NCBI GenBank assembly: GCA_028534125.1
Contig: CM052818.1
Span: 12,402,001 to 12,466,000, forward strand
Length of the DNA stretch: 64,000 nucleotides
Direction of reading: 5' to 3'
Source: Lama glama
Taxonomy: Eukaryota
Below, in pieces: positions 1-13,089 of this stretch (the first letter of the stretch is position 1; each line of letters opens with the position of its first letter). The notes beneath the pieces are model-generated. The model was not told where the DNA came from. It made no database searches and worked only from the letters and a program-made list of their open reading frames with translations. The position numbers and the translations under genes are program-made.

Positions 1-239
1 AAATCTCATTTTGAAGTGATTTTTCCTACCAAGTAGATAATTGGTTTAGGTTCAAACTCAGTGTTTCTATGTACACATCTTAATGCTTTCTGAGCCTGTT
101 AAGTCCCAACCCTGCTCTCAAATATGTCCATTTTTATGATAATGAGAATTTCACTTTATATTTGAGGATCTATATCTGAATTTTTATCTCCTCCTTTATC
201 TCCATCTGTATTCCTTCACAGTGACTGTGAAGTTAAGAG

Positions 240-368
240 TCATTATTCACATTTTACCTTATTTATCCCTATTTTAGAAATTCAGAAACTGTGACTCAGT
301 GAACATATTTCTAATTTTGCTGGAAGAGAAATTCAAGTCTTGTGGTACTTTTCCTGTTATACAATACT
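240..368 (-). mobile_element. MIR SINE fragment
   Basis: ttatccctattttagaaattcagaaactgtgactcag resembles the MIR core (cccattttacagatgaggaaactgaggc) in reverse orientation. Confidence 0.6.
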
Positions 369-1239
369 GTTGCTCCACCTCCTAATGAATGGGATGATTC
401 TGAACACCCAGGAACAATGTGTTGGAGTATTTATTTAATATGAAGTCCAGCATCTGTCTTGTGAGCAGGTAGAGTGTGTGGTCTCACATTAGCCCAACTC
501 TTAACTCTCCAGTTCCGTAAGCCGGGGTTCTTAGTTGTGTTTACTAAAACGTTTAATGTATTTTAATGTATGTTATATTTTACATAAAAATGTGGTAATG
601 GAGAGGGCAAGACTGAGAAAGCAGGTAGTTCTTCTGAATAATAAATCCAGGTAGATGACCGCTAGGTAAATGAGGTTGTAAATATATGTCAGTAGTTAGA
701 ATTTGTTTGTGATTGGGTCAATGTAAGTAGGCTAAGCCTTGGTACTGTTTTGTGGATTTTTAAAAAATATTTGATAATTCATATAAGCCAGTTAAAACCA
801 CCAATAAGTCCCTAGTTCTCTACACGTTAAACAGTTTAATAGGTTTGAAAGAAACTGGTCACCTTATTTCACTTTGCTGATCTTATTAATATATTAGCCT
901 CTTTGGTGTTTGATTTATACTTTTTATTCAGACCACCTCATGTTTTTGACGTAATAGTAAAGCTTTTCTATTTTCATTGTGGACAGTTAGAGAAGCTCAC
1001 ATAATTCTTAGTAGTTGAAATGGCACCCTGAACTTGAAAATATAAAACCAATATGGTCTCTCAAACTCTCTGCTATTCAAAATGTAAGAAAGGCATGCCG
1101 AGTTCAACTCATTGTGTTTTGTTAAAAATCATTCTTATGTCCACTTTTTTGTGGATTAATTAGAACTATATTTTCCTCCTGAAAATACATGAAATAGCTT
1201 GCCTTCAAAAACAAGAATGAAGCAGAATATGCTGAATGT

Positions 1240-1352
1240 CTTCCACATTAGCTCCACAAGGGCAGGATGATGGGTGTCATAATCTCTTATTTATTTTCAG
1301 TGCTTGACATACAGGGAGTATGCAGTACTTAGATTCTAATGAAGGAATGAAG
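1240..1352 (+). mobile_element. L2 LINE 3' end fragment
   Basis: agctccacaagggcagg...cagtgcttgacatacag...gaaggaatgaa, a typical L2 terminus. Confidence 0.55.
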
Positions 1353-2199
1353 GACTGAGTAAACTCTTTCTGGTATTACACAGACCAAATCTGGGAATAG
1401 CAATTGGAGACTAAGTACAGTGGGAGTGTGGATCATTAAAGAACCATTTTGATTAATTCTATAGATACCATTTAACTAGGCAAGTCTGAAGACTTTACTT
1501 GATTTTAGTCATTTAATTATTTCTGAACTTCTTACTGCCTACAGTGTACAAATGGCCTGAGTTAATTTCTTTCTGTCACAGGATTTCTCAGGATGGTTCA
1601 TAGCTCTACTAGTCATTTTTCTGTAACACTTTCTAGAGTATCACATTATCTTTTGACAGACTGGTAATTAACCTAGGTCTTCATTAGATAGGAAGATATA
1701 TGGATTTAAAGCATTCTTAATAATGAGATGATATATTCCTAATCAAACTGGGCTCTTAATATATTGGTGATAAGTAATATAGAGCTTGCTAATTTCATTT
1801 ACCGTCACTCATCCAACAAAAAGTATTCACAATTTCAGGAACTTTATTATGTGCTAAATAATGTTTACTGAAGTATTCCAGTGACCTTTTGATACACTAT
1901 CATTTCTTGATATGTTGGAAATAAGGTTGAATTCAGCTTGATGTAAATGTATCTATGCTTACTGTTAAGCTGCTAAAGGCAGGCATTTAAAATTCTTTGA
2001 CATCTATCTTTGTTAGATAAAAAGCAGGTAATCAATGAATAGCTCTTAATTGATAGATTGATGCCTTCTGTTTGGGGTTTTAGAATAAATTGCATTTGAA
2101 AGGATGAGCCATGTTATGCTGAAGAAACAAACTCAGTAGCTTAAAGTAACATGACAGGTTACATTATTATTTCTAATTATTTTTTCTCCATCCAGTCAC

Positions 2200-2309
2200 A
2201 TGTTCGTGACACTGCTTTTGGTTCCCATGTGACTTGCAGTATTTCCTGGTGGGATCATCTACATCCCTAACTTGTTGACGTGAGACTTGGCCATTTGTCT
2301 TGGTTTTGC
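2200..2309 (+). mobile_element. MLT1 (MaLR) LTR fragment truncated by the L1
   Basis: ttgacgtgagacttggccatttgtcttggttttgcca resembles MLT1 gggcttggccatgtgacttgctttggcca. Confidence 0.5.
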
Positions 2310-3780
2310 CAGTACATCAAAAGGACCATACATCATGTCCAAGTGGTACTTATTCCAGGGGTGCAAGGCTGGTTCAACATCCACAAATCAACCGATGTGC
2401 TATACTGTATTAACAAATGAAGGATAGAAATATATGATTAGCTCAGTAGATGCAGTACAATCATTTGACAAGATTGAACACTCATTTGTGATAAAAAAAA
2501 ACTCCCAATAAGGTAGGTATAGAAGTGATGTACCTCAACATAGTAAAGGCCATATATGACAAATGCACATCTAACATTATACTAAGTTGTGAAAAATTGA
2601 AAGCTGTCCCTCTGAGATCAGGAATAAGGATGCCCACTCTCATCACTATCATTCAACATAGTATTGGAAGTCCTAGCCAGAGCAACTAAGCAAGAAAAGG
2701 AAATAAAAGGTGCATAAAATTGGAAAGGAAGAAATAAAATTGTCACTATTTGCAGATGACATGATTTTATATATAGAAAATCCTAAACACCACCAAAAAT
2801 CTATCAGAAAAAATAAACAAATATAATAAAATTGCAGCTCACAAACCAAACTTATAAAAATTTGTTGCATTTCTATACAACTAACAACAAAAACCAAACA
2901 ACACAATTAAAAAATGGGCAAAGGAGCTGAATAGACATATTCTCAAAGAAGACATACTGATGGCCAACAAGCACATGAAAAGATGTTTGACATAACTAAT
3001 TATTAGGGATGTGCAAAGCAAAACCACAATGAGATATCAGCTCATACCTGTCAGAATGGTTATTACCAAAAAGACAGGAAATAATAGGTGTTGGTGAGGA
3101 TGTGGAGAAAAGGCAACTCTCATATACTGTTGGTGGGAATGTAAATTGGTATAGCCACAGTATGGAGATTCCTCAAAAATTTAAGAATAGAACACCATAT
3201 TATCTAGCTGTTTATTCAAAGAATATGAAAACATTAATTCAAAAACACATACACCTCTGTATTTATCATGACATCATTTCAATAGCCAAGTTATGGAAAT
3301 AATCTAAATGCCCATCAATGGATGAATGGATAAAGAAAATATGGTGTATGGATACAATGGGATACTACCCAGCCATAAAAAAGGATGGAGTTTTGCCATT
3401 TGCAACAATATGGGTGGACTTTCAGGGTATTATACCAAGTGAAATAAGTCAGATGAAGAAAGACATATACTGTATGATTTCACCTATGTGTAATACAAAA
3501 AGCGAATGAACAAACAACAACAAAAAAGAAAATAACTGAACAAATAAAACCAAACCAAAACAAACATGTAAATACAGAGAACAGAGGAGTGGTTACCAGA
3601 GGAGGAGTGGTAGGGTAGAGGGTGAAATGAGTAAGGGGGATCAAATGCATGGTGAGGGATGGAAACTGAATTTTTGGTATGCTGTAGGGTATATGGAAGT
3701 AGAAATATAATGTTATATACACAAAACTTATAAAATGTTATAAATAAATGTTACCTCAGTAGAAAAATAAATTAATAAAA
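2310..3780 (+). mobile_element. 5'-truncated, internally deleted LINE-1 (ORF2 RT domain, C-terminus, 3' UTR, A-rich tail)
   Basis: Degenerate IPGxQGWFNI region; [15 protein letters not shown] with FADD at 2749-2760; ORF2 C-terminal [11 protein letters not shown] and MDEWIKKIW peptides in the ORF track; 3' UTR ending aatgttacctcagtagaaaaataa; multiple stops and frameshifts. Confidence 0.95.
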
Positions 3781-4849
3781 GGAAATCATTGGTTATTTTC
3801 TAGTCTGGTAATTCCAAAGGCAATTAATTACAAATAGAAAAAAAGTTCATTTTATGTGTAATGTGCTTTTGAATCATGCTTTACTAACACTTTAGACAAA
3901 TGAGCATGAGTTATGATGTTTAGACCAAGTCAATTTTTATCAGACTTTCAAACTACGAGTTTTTTTTTAAGTAGTCAGGCAGTTATTTAATAGTTTATAT
4001 TTTATTTGAAAAGTTACTTTTTAAAAGGCATCTGTCAATTTTTCTTTTTTGGATTTGAACAAGTTGGTGTTTTATCTTAATCCAGTGTCATGAATAAAAA
4101 ATCTAAAGGCATCTACCAATTTTAGGTGATAGGCAATATATAATATGTGGGTAACTGACAAGAGCATTTTCAATTCACATTTAAGTAATAATAATATTAT
4201 CTGACCCCCTGAATGCCTTACAAGCCTTATTTAATAAAGCTTCAGTCTCTGACTACTACAGGAAGCAATACAAATATTTCCACATTTTCATTGCTCTTTA
4301 GGGCATCTTGTTGTTAGAGCACAAGACCTATCAGACACTGCACAGTGTGACCACTCATCTGGCCTTTTAAAGTGATCTAAGGCACATTTCCTCCATGCAC
4401 CTGAATAAATTGGATTCCCCAACCTATTCTTGATCCATTGACCTAGCTCCTTTTACCTCATCCTGTTTTCCAATTTCTCATCCCTGATACTTGTTTCTGA
4501 GTCATGACTCTGAGGCTGGGCTTGTCTCCACAGTTTCAGACCTCTTCTGTTCAGCTCCTTCCCCTTAATGTCTGAAAGTCTTATCTAGAAATGCCGCCTT
4601 TATTTTCTCTCTGAGTGTAGCTCTCCTGTATCCTCTCTAATGAAACTGGCCCTCATAGTTTATGGGTTTCAGTTTTGTAATGCTCAATATCATACTGTTT
4701 ACAAGGAGAATTCCTTGGGTCTATCTCTTTATTTTATTAGATTTGCTGGCTATTGAACTACACAAAAGAAGGTCTGTTCTTTAAGAATATTCCAAAAGAA
4801 GCTCAATATTCTTTTCAAAACTGGAGGGGGTAAATGATACATCTAAAAA

Positions 4850-5020
4850 GCCTATCTACTTAATGCCCCCAAATTTGAGTATTTCACATTTCTCAGAAAA
4901 CTGAGGCTCAAAGAAATGATTTTAATGATTTGCCCTAATTTTGCTATGGTAATAAATGATAGAGTTTTGATTTAAAATGAGTCCTATATTATTATAAATT
5001 CCTTGCTCTTTCTGCTATGT
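4850..5020 (-). mobile_element. MIR SINE fragment
   Basis: catttctcagaaaactgaggctcaaagaaatgattttaatgatttgccc MIR core. Confidence 0.65.
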
Positions 5021-5069
5021 TATTTGTGTAAAACATTCAAGAAACAAATTCTAACATGCAATGAATGTT

Positions 5070-5203
5070 AAAAAAAAAAAGACTCCAAATATCTTAAAAC
5101 CTTGTATCAGAGAACTAAAACTGGTACTAAAGCCTTAAAATTTAATTTTTCTTTAATGTTCCAGGAAGAAGCCTTTGGCATTACATCATTACTCTTTCCA
5201 AAT
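5070..5203 (+). repeat. Arm A of a ~130 bp inverted duplication (partner at 6139-6270)
   Basis: Aligns by eye to the reverse complement of 6139-6270, including a 42-nt core with 3 mismatches. Confidence 0.9.
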
Positions 5204-5899
5204 TTAACTAATTTAAAGGTGACATGAATAAAATATTCATTAAAACTACAGTAGCCATTTATCTATGACCTTTAACAAAGCTGCTATTAACTTTCAATTG
5301 ACTCATAGTTGTAGATTGAACCTTACCTAATAAAGTACCCATTCCTCTCTAAACCTTCCTGGTAGAGTTTTGATTTACATCCAAAAACTGTCTATAAATA
5401 CTCCACCTTAGTCAGCTCTGTGCTTCTGACTTCTTATTTCTTAAATCACTGTAACGCTTCAAGCCAATATTATTCCTAGTATTTCAGTAAAGAACGTCTC
5501 CATTAAGCGTATCTGAAGCTCTCTATTTTAATTACTGGTTTCTTTAATCTAGTTTTCCTTATAGGGAATAGCAATGCCAAATGGTTTTTAAAGGATTCAA
5601 AAATGTTCCCAGTTGAATTAATTATGCCCTTTTATTTCCATAAATGTTGTAATAGAACCTTCTGAGGAGTCTTTCTGATGGATCTATATCCCTTGCCTCT
5701 CCCCCAAAACTCATTCCAGATCACACAAAATACACATTTATTCTTACTGTAGAGTTAAGTACTCATCATCTATCTGAACCTAATCTGCTTAACAATCCAA
5801 AGTCTAATTGATTTGAAATTATATTTTAACACAGAATAATTAAACCTGCAGAAGAGCCAAGAAGGTAAAGGTATGATACCAAAGTTAAAACACCAAATC

Positions 5900-6526
5900 T
5901 CTTTTGTTTAGGTATCTCCCACTCATCTGCCTCTCTATCCTACGTTACCTCGCATCTGGAGAGCAATTGATCTGTATGGATATACAACAGTGGCTTCCCA
6001 TGCCTTCTGACTGTGGTTGGGTTTGGTCAATAGGAGGCTGACGGGAGACAAGGAGATTCAGGTCAGGGTATTCTGGGTGTTTATTTCCCAGTAGGGAAAG
6101 CTCTCTCTCTACAGAGTTTTCTTGGCATGGTTTCCATTATTTGGAAAGGACTACGATGCCAAAAGTTCCTTTCTGGAACTTTAAAATCAGAATTTAATTT
6201 TAAGTCTTTAGAACCAGTTTTACTTCTCTGATACAAGGCATTTAGGGTATTTGAAGTCTTTTTTTTTTTTGCCCCTCCAACTGAGATGACTGTTCCTCTC
6301 AAGGTGGCCTTGTCTGTGTGCCTCTTTTCTTCTGGTTCTGGTAATGGTTTCTCTGTCTCTTTATATCTAAGAAGTTACAACAGTTTTATGGCTACTAATC
6401 TCAGCTTACTGCACTATCTTTCTGGTCTCCTACACCCACAAAGAGTGTCTTTATAAATAATCCGTCCTTGACTTATTTTAATTTAGGTGCACCACTTATT
6501 TCCAATGGGATCCTGACTGTTGCATA
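5900..6526 (+). mobile_element. ERVL LTR33-like solo LTR interrupted by an insertion
   Basis: ctgtatggatatacaacagtggcttcccatgccttctgactgtggttgggtttggtcaatagg and the end gggatcctgactgttgca match the recalled LTR33 consensus. Confidence 0.7.
6139..6270 (-). repeat. Arm B of the inverted duplication, lying inside the LTR33
   Basis: Reverse complement reads A12-gacttcaaataccctaaatgccttgtatcagagaagtaaaactggttctaaagacttaaaatt, matching 5070-5142. Confidence 0.9.
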
Positions 6527-7299
6527 CCGTTTTAAAGGCTGGAAGGTTTTTGTTTTTGTTTTTGTTTTCCTTACCTGTATATAATTCTACTCTCCTGAGA
6601 GCCAGGAGCCAAGTTTCAGTCACAGTGCACAGTAATAGATTGGCTCCAGATTTAATAACATCAAGTAACCTTAAAGTATAGTTTGGTCAGTTCTATACTT
6701 CCAAATTCATATTTCTTATGTCACAGTGATGCTTGAAGTCAGCCTTTTTCCTGAAATACACTTGTATATTTCAGAAATAACGCCTCTTTATTAAGTGCAT
6801 TTGAAATTCTCAATTTTACTCACTGTGTTTTAAAATTAGCCTTTACTTTTGGCATTCCATGAATAAATAAGGTGTTTTGTGAATTTAATTTTATTTTTAA
6901 CACATTTTACTTAATTTTTAATAAGTGGCAAACATACATTAGTTACAATACAACACAAGGAACTTGAAGTCAAGTGGAAACCCAGGTTGTATTCTTTCTG
7001 AGTTGTCACAATGTGAATTTTCTGGCAATTGAAGTATTACTTTTAAGTTCCTGAAGGGCTCAGTTTTTAAATTAAGAGAATAATGATAACTTTGCAGACT
7101 TCTGCTTCAGGCACATTCATGCTTGTGGCAGACAGTGTGTCTGTGGAAAAGAGCTAGAGAATTTGGATGAAATATGACAACCATCTCCTTGGAGCTATTT
7201 GGGTTAAGATGCTGGAGAAGAAGGAATTATGGACAGAAACATTGGAAGCCAGAAGACAAACAATTAGCACAACGTTTTAGCTGGAAGCAGACCCCCCAC

Positions 7300-8410
7300 A
7301 AATATGCTAACTGATTCGTGATAAAGGCCGTGAAACGGGGAAAAGAATGACCTTTTCAATACATGGCCCTGGGAAAATTAGATAATTATCTAGGAAAAAT
7401 TTACCTTGACCTATACTTCACAGCATAAACAACTGTGGATTCTGGTTGGATCACCAATCTAAATGATAAACCAGTCAGCCTCTATGAGTTGAGCATCTGC
7501 ATGACCTTGAGGTATACAAGGTTTTCTTAAACTGGACACAAATACTCACTATAAAGAAAAAAAAAGATGAATTGTACTACATTAAAAATGAAAACCTTCT
7601 GTTTATCAAATGGCATAACTAAAATAGTGAAAATGTATGTCACACAGGACAAAAGACTCATATTTAGGAAAAATGAAGAACTTGAACAGATCAGTAAAAA
7701 AAAAAATCACTCAGTAGAAAAATTTTCAAAAGATTTCAACAAGCACTTCACAAAGGAAGATAGCTACATAGCCAGAAAAAAGTTAGAAACAATTGCTTAT
7801 GAATTATCAGAGAAATCTATATATAAATGACAAAATATACCATTATATATACACCAGAATAGCATTAAAATGAAAGGATTGATAATACCAAATATTGCTT
7901 AGGACGGAGAGCAGCTGGGGTTTTCTTACACAGCTGGTTGTGTGTAAACGGTGAAGATATTCTTGAGATCTATTTGGCAACATATACCAAAGTTGATCAT
8001 GTGTACACTTAAGACACATTGGTTCCACTTCTAGATACATGCTCAGAGGAAGTACATATAGTTGTTCCTCAAAAGACATTTAAAAGAATGTTCACAGCAG
8101 TATTACTCATGTAATAGGTAAATATAGTAAGTGGCCCAAATGTCAATAGACGTTATAATGGATTAAATACTTTCGGCATATTCTTACAGTGGATTATTCT
8201 AAAGCAATGAGGATGAGGGATACATTGGTACACAACAGTATGATGTTGAGTGCTCTAAGCTAGGACAGTGATTACTTTTGGACCGTAAAGTGGGGCTTCC
8301 TGAGATGCTGGTAACATTCTTGAGTTTAATGCTAGTTACAGTGCATGAATAATTATTGAGCTGTATATATGATATACTTCAGCCAAAAGGTTTATCTAAA
8401 AAGAAAAAAA
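7300..8410 (+). mobile_element. Ancient L1 (L1M/L1ME-type) ORF2 end and 3' UTR
   Basis: ttgacctatacttcacagcata, aaaaccttctgtttatcaaa, aagcacttcacaaaggaagata, aaagaatgttcacagcag. Confidence 0.85.
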
Positions 8411-8560
8411 GACAGTATTTTTCTTCTACCCTGACTGACTCCTCTATTTTAACAAAAATACAAAATAAAACAAACAGCAGCACATTACCTTCTCTGTTAC
8501 CAGTCATCACAGGTAAGCTTGGTGCATTTAGCCATGAGATGTACACAACATCTGATCGTT

Positions 8561-8646
8561 AAAAACCACTACAGTAGAGACAACATTGTAAAATGACTAT
8601 AACTCAATGTAAAAAATGTTAAAAAAAAAAAAACTACTACAGTAGA
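8561..8646 (+). mobile_element. Very short L1 3'-terminal insertion (~50 bp) with 18-bp TSD
   Basis: aaaaac(c/t)actacagtaga repeated at 8561-8578 and 8629-8646, flanking gacaacattgtaaaatgactataactcaat...polyA; TT|AAAA target site. Confidence 0.85.
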
Positions 8647-9421
8647 CAACCAAACATTGCTGATGCTTGAGAAATTCTTCAAGAGGAGGAGTTTCTTTGG
8701 TTCTTTGGATGGCTCCAATCCCCAGAGGCTGGATTTGGAAATTTTGTTATATTCAATTTCCTCCTTCTTTCCTGCATTTCTCTTTACCCAAAGGAGCAGT
8801 TCAGGAAGAAGAAAGTGAGACCTTGGAGGTAACTTGAGAAACTAGGCTCCCTCCTTGTTTTCCCTTTACCTTGTCTCAGTGTTATGAATGTTTGAGCATC
8901 TCCTTTGGGAGTTTTGGGACACAATGTAGCATTGATGTACCTAAAAATTTCATCAGGAGTAAAATATGTATTTAAAACAATTATTTTGGGACCCAAAGTT
9001 TATCAGTAGGCTAATAATGTCTACTAAGAATCAGCAAATGGACTCTACCAATACCTTGAAAAGAGACACATGAGCAATTCTCAGCCATCCAAAGCCACGG
9101 CTTTCTTGGAGTCATTGCCATTGCTATCAAAGGTCTGTTTCCAGGCAGCTCTGATAAGGTCATATAAATCTGCCCCAGATGCCTCATTTATGAATAATTG
9201 GAAGATTGAGATTCTGGTTTTATTCAGCTGGATACTTTTGAGTAACAACTGTAGAAAGCTTTCTAAAAGGTTTCTACACTTCCACTCTTGCCACACCACA
9301 GCCTGTTCTTAATGCACTAATCAGAGACTGTTGTCTGACATGGACACAGCCCTCCCGTAGTTCTCCATCAAATTTATAATCTCAATACATTACCACACCT
9401 ATAAAACTCCAGTTCTCTAGA

Positions 9422-9608
9422 TAGCGGTATGTAGGCAAATATTTAACAACCAGCTCAGGGGGAAGGCAGTCTTGATGTAGAGCATTTGCTGATTTCCATG
9501 TAAATGTTCCCACCATAGCTGATTTTAAGCCACCAATGTTTCAACAGTAGGCTCACAACATTCCTGACATTTCTATAATAATTCGAGCTGGTTCCAGCAT
9601 ACCCCCAG
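9422..9608. mobile_element. MER63A-like hAT-Blackjack MITE
   Basis: Degenerate TIRs tagcggtatgtagg / ccagcatacccccag; internal aaatatttaacaaccagctc, cccaccatagctgattttaagccaccaa. Confidence 0.7.
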
Positions 9609-12600
9609 ATCCAGCCTACCTCTTGGACGGACCTACTGTCCTTCTACTAAATGTTGTAGTAAAGAGTGTACGTTTTCCACGTTCAGAAAAAAAATACGTA
9701 GTTATACTGAAAGGCAAAATAGATGATGATAATTATAAGAGCCGTAAAGTGGGTGTGTGTAGCCACAAAGATCAAACTCAAGGTTCCAAACTGGGAAGAT
9801 AGTCAGCTGGGAACTTGATGTCACTGAGCTCAGCATATCCACAGGTTCTTAGAAAATGGGCTTACTGGAAACTTTGGCTGCTGCTAGACTAGCTGGTAGG
9901 GTGTAACTGCCAATTGAAAGTGGGATGAAGCCTTCGGGGACCTAAACTTGAAGCATATTAAGATTCTCAGAAGCAGAATTACAAACAGCACTAAGCTTAA
10001 GGAATACTGTCCAGAGCCCTGAGATAATGATGTGTTTACATGTATGTGCAGCAAGGAAGTGACCCTGGGTCCTACGTCAGTCTCTGCAGTCACGTGTGTC
10101 ATTGGGAGAGAAATTTCCCATGCAATACGAATGAATAGAGAAGGTCAGTTTTTCCCAGTTTTCCTCAGCATAGCACCTATACTATAATCCTAAAGAATGA
10201 ACAGCAGGGAAATGTTTCCCAGTCCTAACAACTTAATTTGTTAAAATCTAATCAGAGATGTAAGAATGAAGAGAAAATAATCAGTGATTAATCAAAATGA
10301 AGGAGAAGCAGATATTTTAACTTTGTCCTGACGTGGGTTATCCTCTTATCCAGCAAATCCATAATGTTTTTATGCTGTCAGATTGGTTATGGTGTTTCAG
10401 TGGCCCTAAAACATTGATAAGGAGAAAAGGTTGACCAAATAGCTTTGAGTTGCCAGTGTGTTTATCTGCGGTTAGAATAATAATGTCCTTCAGCGATGTA
10501 CTTGTTCTAACCTTATCAAAGTGTATTTGATCAAGACATTAGGGAGCAAGAGCCCATGTGTTCCTTGTCAGAGGGCATGTATTAGAGAAGGAGAGAGAGA
10601 TTCCATCTTGGTGTGTTTAGAAGCATTTGTACACTGGCAAAATTATTTATGGAATATGAGGTTAACCCTTTAGAAATAATGCATTCTCTTTAAGGAATAC
10701 ACAAATTATTCATTCTTAGCTTCAACTGTATGGGGAATGTTCAATGGCTAATAAAAATAAAAGTTGTCTTTATCTCTCCATATCTTAGGATGCAGGGGCC
10801 ATTAAAACTTAGTTCCGGACATAGGCAAAAATGGTACAAAATAGATATGAATCAGGAAAAAATGATATACTCAGAGCCCCTCTCTCTCTCTTTACATATG
10901 TTGGTTGGTATGTGGTCCAGCAGCACCTCCACACACATCTCCCTACAAGATATCTAGGGTGAATCTGAAGTTTCTTTTCTTCACCAGATCCTCAGTGCTG
11001 AGCCTTGAAAATGAGGGATGTAGGCTTATGTGCAAAATGGGAGGTTCTAACTTCATCCCCAAACATTTCCAGAAAGCTGAAATGGAGATATTGATCTGGT
11101 CTGAGAAGATAAATTCTACTTAAGGGCTCTCAGATTTTCAATCTTCCTGTTTTCTGTTGAGGTCTCTGGGAGGATATGAGAAATGGGTGAGTTGCTACTA
11201 TTTACAACATCCTACCACTGAAAAAAGAGGCAATAATCTTAGTCTGTAGGAAACAAATGTCTTCCCCTCTTTCTTCATTCTTCTTCTCTCTTACTCTCTG
11301 CTCTCCTGTAGTCTAAACTGTCCGATATCCTGCCAACAGTGTATGCAGGTGAGTGTTCCTCCTGTCTTTTTGCTTTGTGCATTACAACAGGGATTAGTTT
11401 CCAAGTTGTGTGCAATTTGAAAGTAGGATTCTGAACTCTAAGATGTGTATTGATTTTTATAATTTCTGTGTTATAATCTCATATGTAGCTTCTTGTGGCA
11501 GACACCTGGAGGTTTATTACCACATGGGCTTGGCTGTATCCAAACTGATTAAACCCTGCAAGGAGGTCCATATCCTGTCTGATTTCCACCTCATATTGTA
11601 CAAGTAGCTTGGGAGAGAATTACATATACAGAAGGATTCTCTGTGGGCCAGAAATAGTTCCATCTAACACTGTTCTGAGTACCCACAAATTCTCTTCCCT
11701 GGAACGCCTGTTTTCTTTAAGTCACAATATTGCCCTGATTGGAAGCCCTAGGACCACACTGATCAATATTGCCTTATGGTTCCTCCAATAGCCCCTGCAG
11801 GACATCTTCTGGCCTTTTATCACTCCCTAGAACAGAAAAACGCATGCCCCATGGTTTATTTTTGCAGCCTGCCTGTCTTCAGAATTACTTACTTTCCTTT
11901 ACCTCTTTGATCCCCTTGATGGATGATTTCCAAAGCAAATGGCACGCAGAAGAATGTGTTCCCTTTCTGGCCTGTCTGATCTGAGTCAGTATCAATGGTC
12001 TGCTCAGCTGTTTGGTTATGTTAGCATCTCAGCTTAGTCCATGCAGTGGCCACATGGCTTTCGTGATACTGCATTACATCTCATTTACTAGTAAACCACA
12101 TTTCCCCATCTCAGTCTCCTTTTGAGACCTCTGCTGAGTCTCGGTTTTCTCTCAGGAGGATATGAAACTCTCATTCATATAAAACAAAAGTAATGGATAT
12201 GCCTTAACCCTAATTAATGACTGCTTCCTGGCTCAAATGATCGATTTTGTCTGTTTTCTAGATTTGCTTTGATAACTCCTAATTCCCCATTAAAAAAGGG
12301 GAGGGTTGGAACTATTCTAAAGTACCTCAAATGTATCTCCATAGACAATATGTTTAATGTTAAAAGAGTAAAACACTTTTAAAACAGAATAGTGCTGGCA
12401 ATGGTATAATGGAATGGATACATTTGTATTCTTCTAGTGACACTGGAAATTAATACAAATTATTTCAAAGATATTTGGCAATGTATATCATCATAACTTG
12501 TAAACATTTAATTTTTTAATCCAAGATTAGGTATTCTTCCATCCCACTGAGATAATAACAGTTGCTTGCCTAATTTATGTATAAGTTCTGTTAAGAGTTT

Positions 12601-13089
12601 TATTTAAAATTGCAAAAGACTGGAAACAAATAGAAAGGAATGGAAGTAAAAGCTATAATTCTTTATCATATTAATATAGAGACAATAAAACGTGTTTGTG
12701 AAAATGTTAATGGCATAATAGATATGTTTTATGAACAACATAGGGTATGAATCAGTATAAACGCATGACCTACATTCAGCAAGGGCCATTCTGTCCCTCA
12801 GAGAGCCAGTAAAACTTGACTCAAGTCTGTGTCCATGGCTCCATGGGAGTCCAGAAGCCTTCTGCTTGCTTTCTCTGAGATTCTACATCTTACTTCATCA
12901 TACTCTTCAACTGTATTCCCCTTTTATCCTGAACCACCTGGACTTAGATCACATTGCTTTCTTTGATTTCCACAAGAAGCTCATTCACAGCTAATATTTG
13001 TGTTTTCTGATAGTCTGTGTTGAAGACTGGTGGGCAGGGAGTGCTGGAGAGGAGAAACTATAGGGAGGATTTAAAATTATAACTTGATG

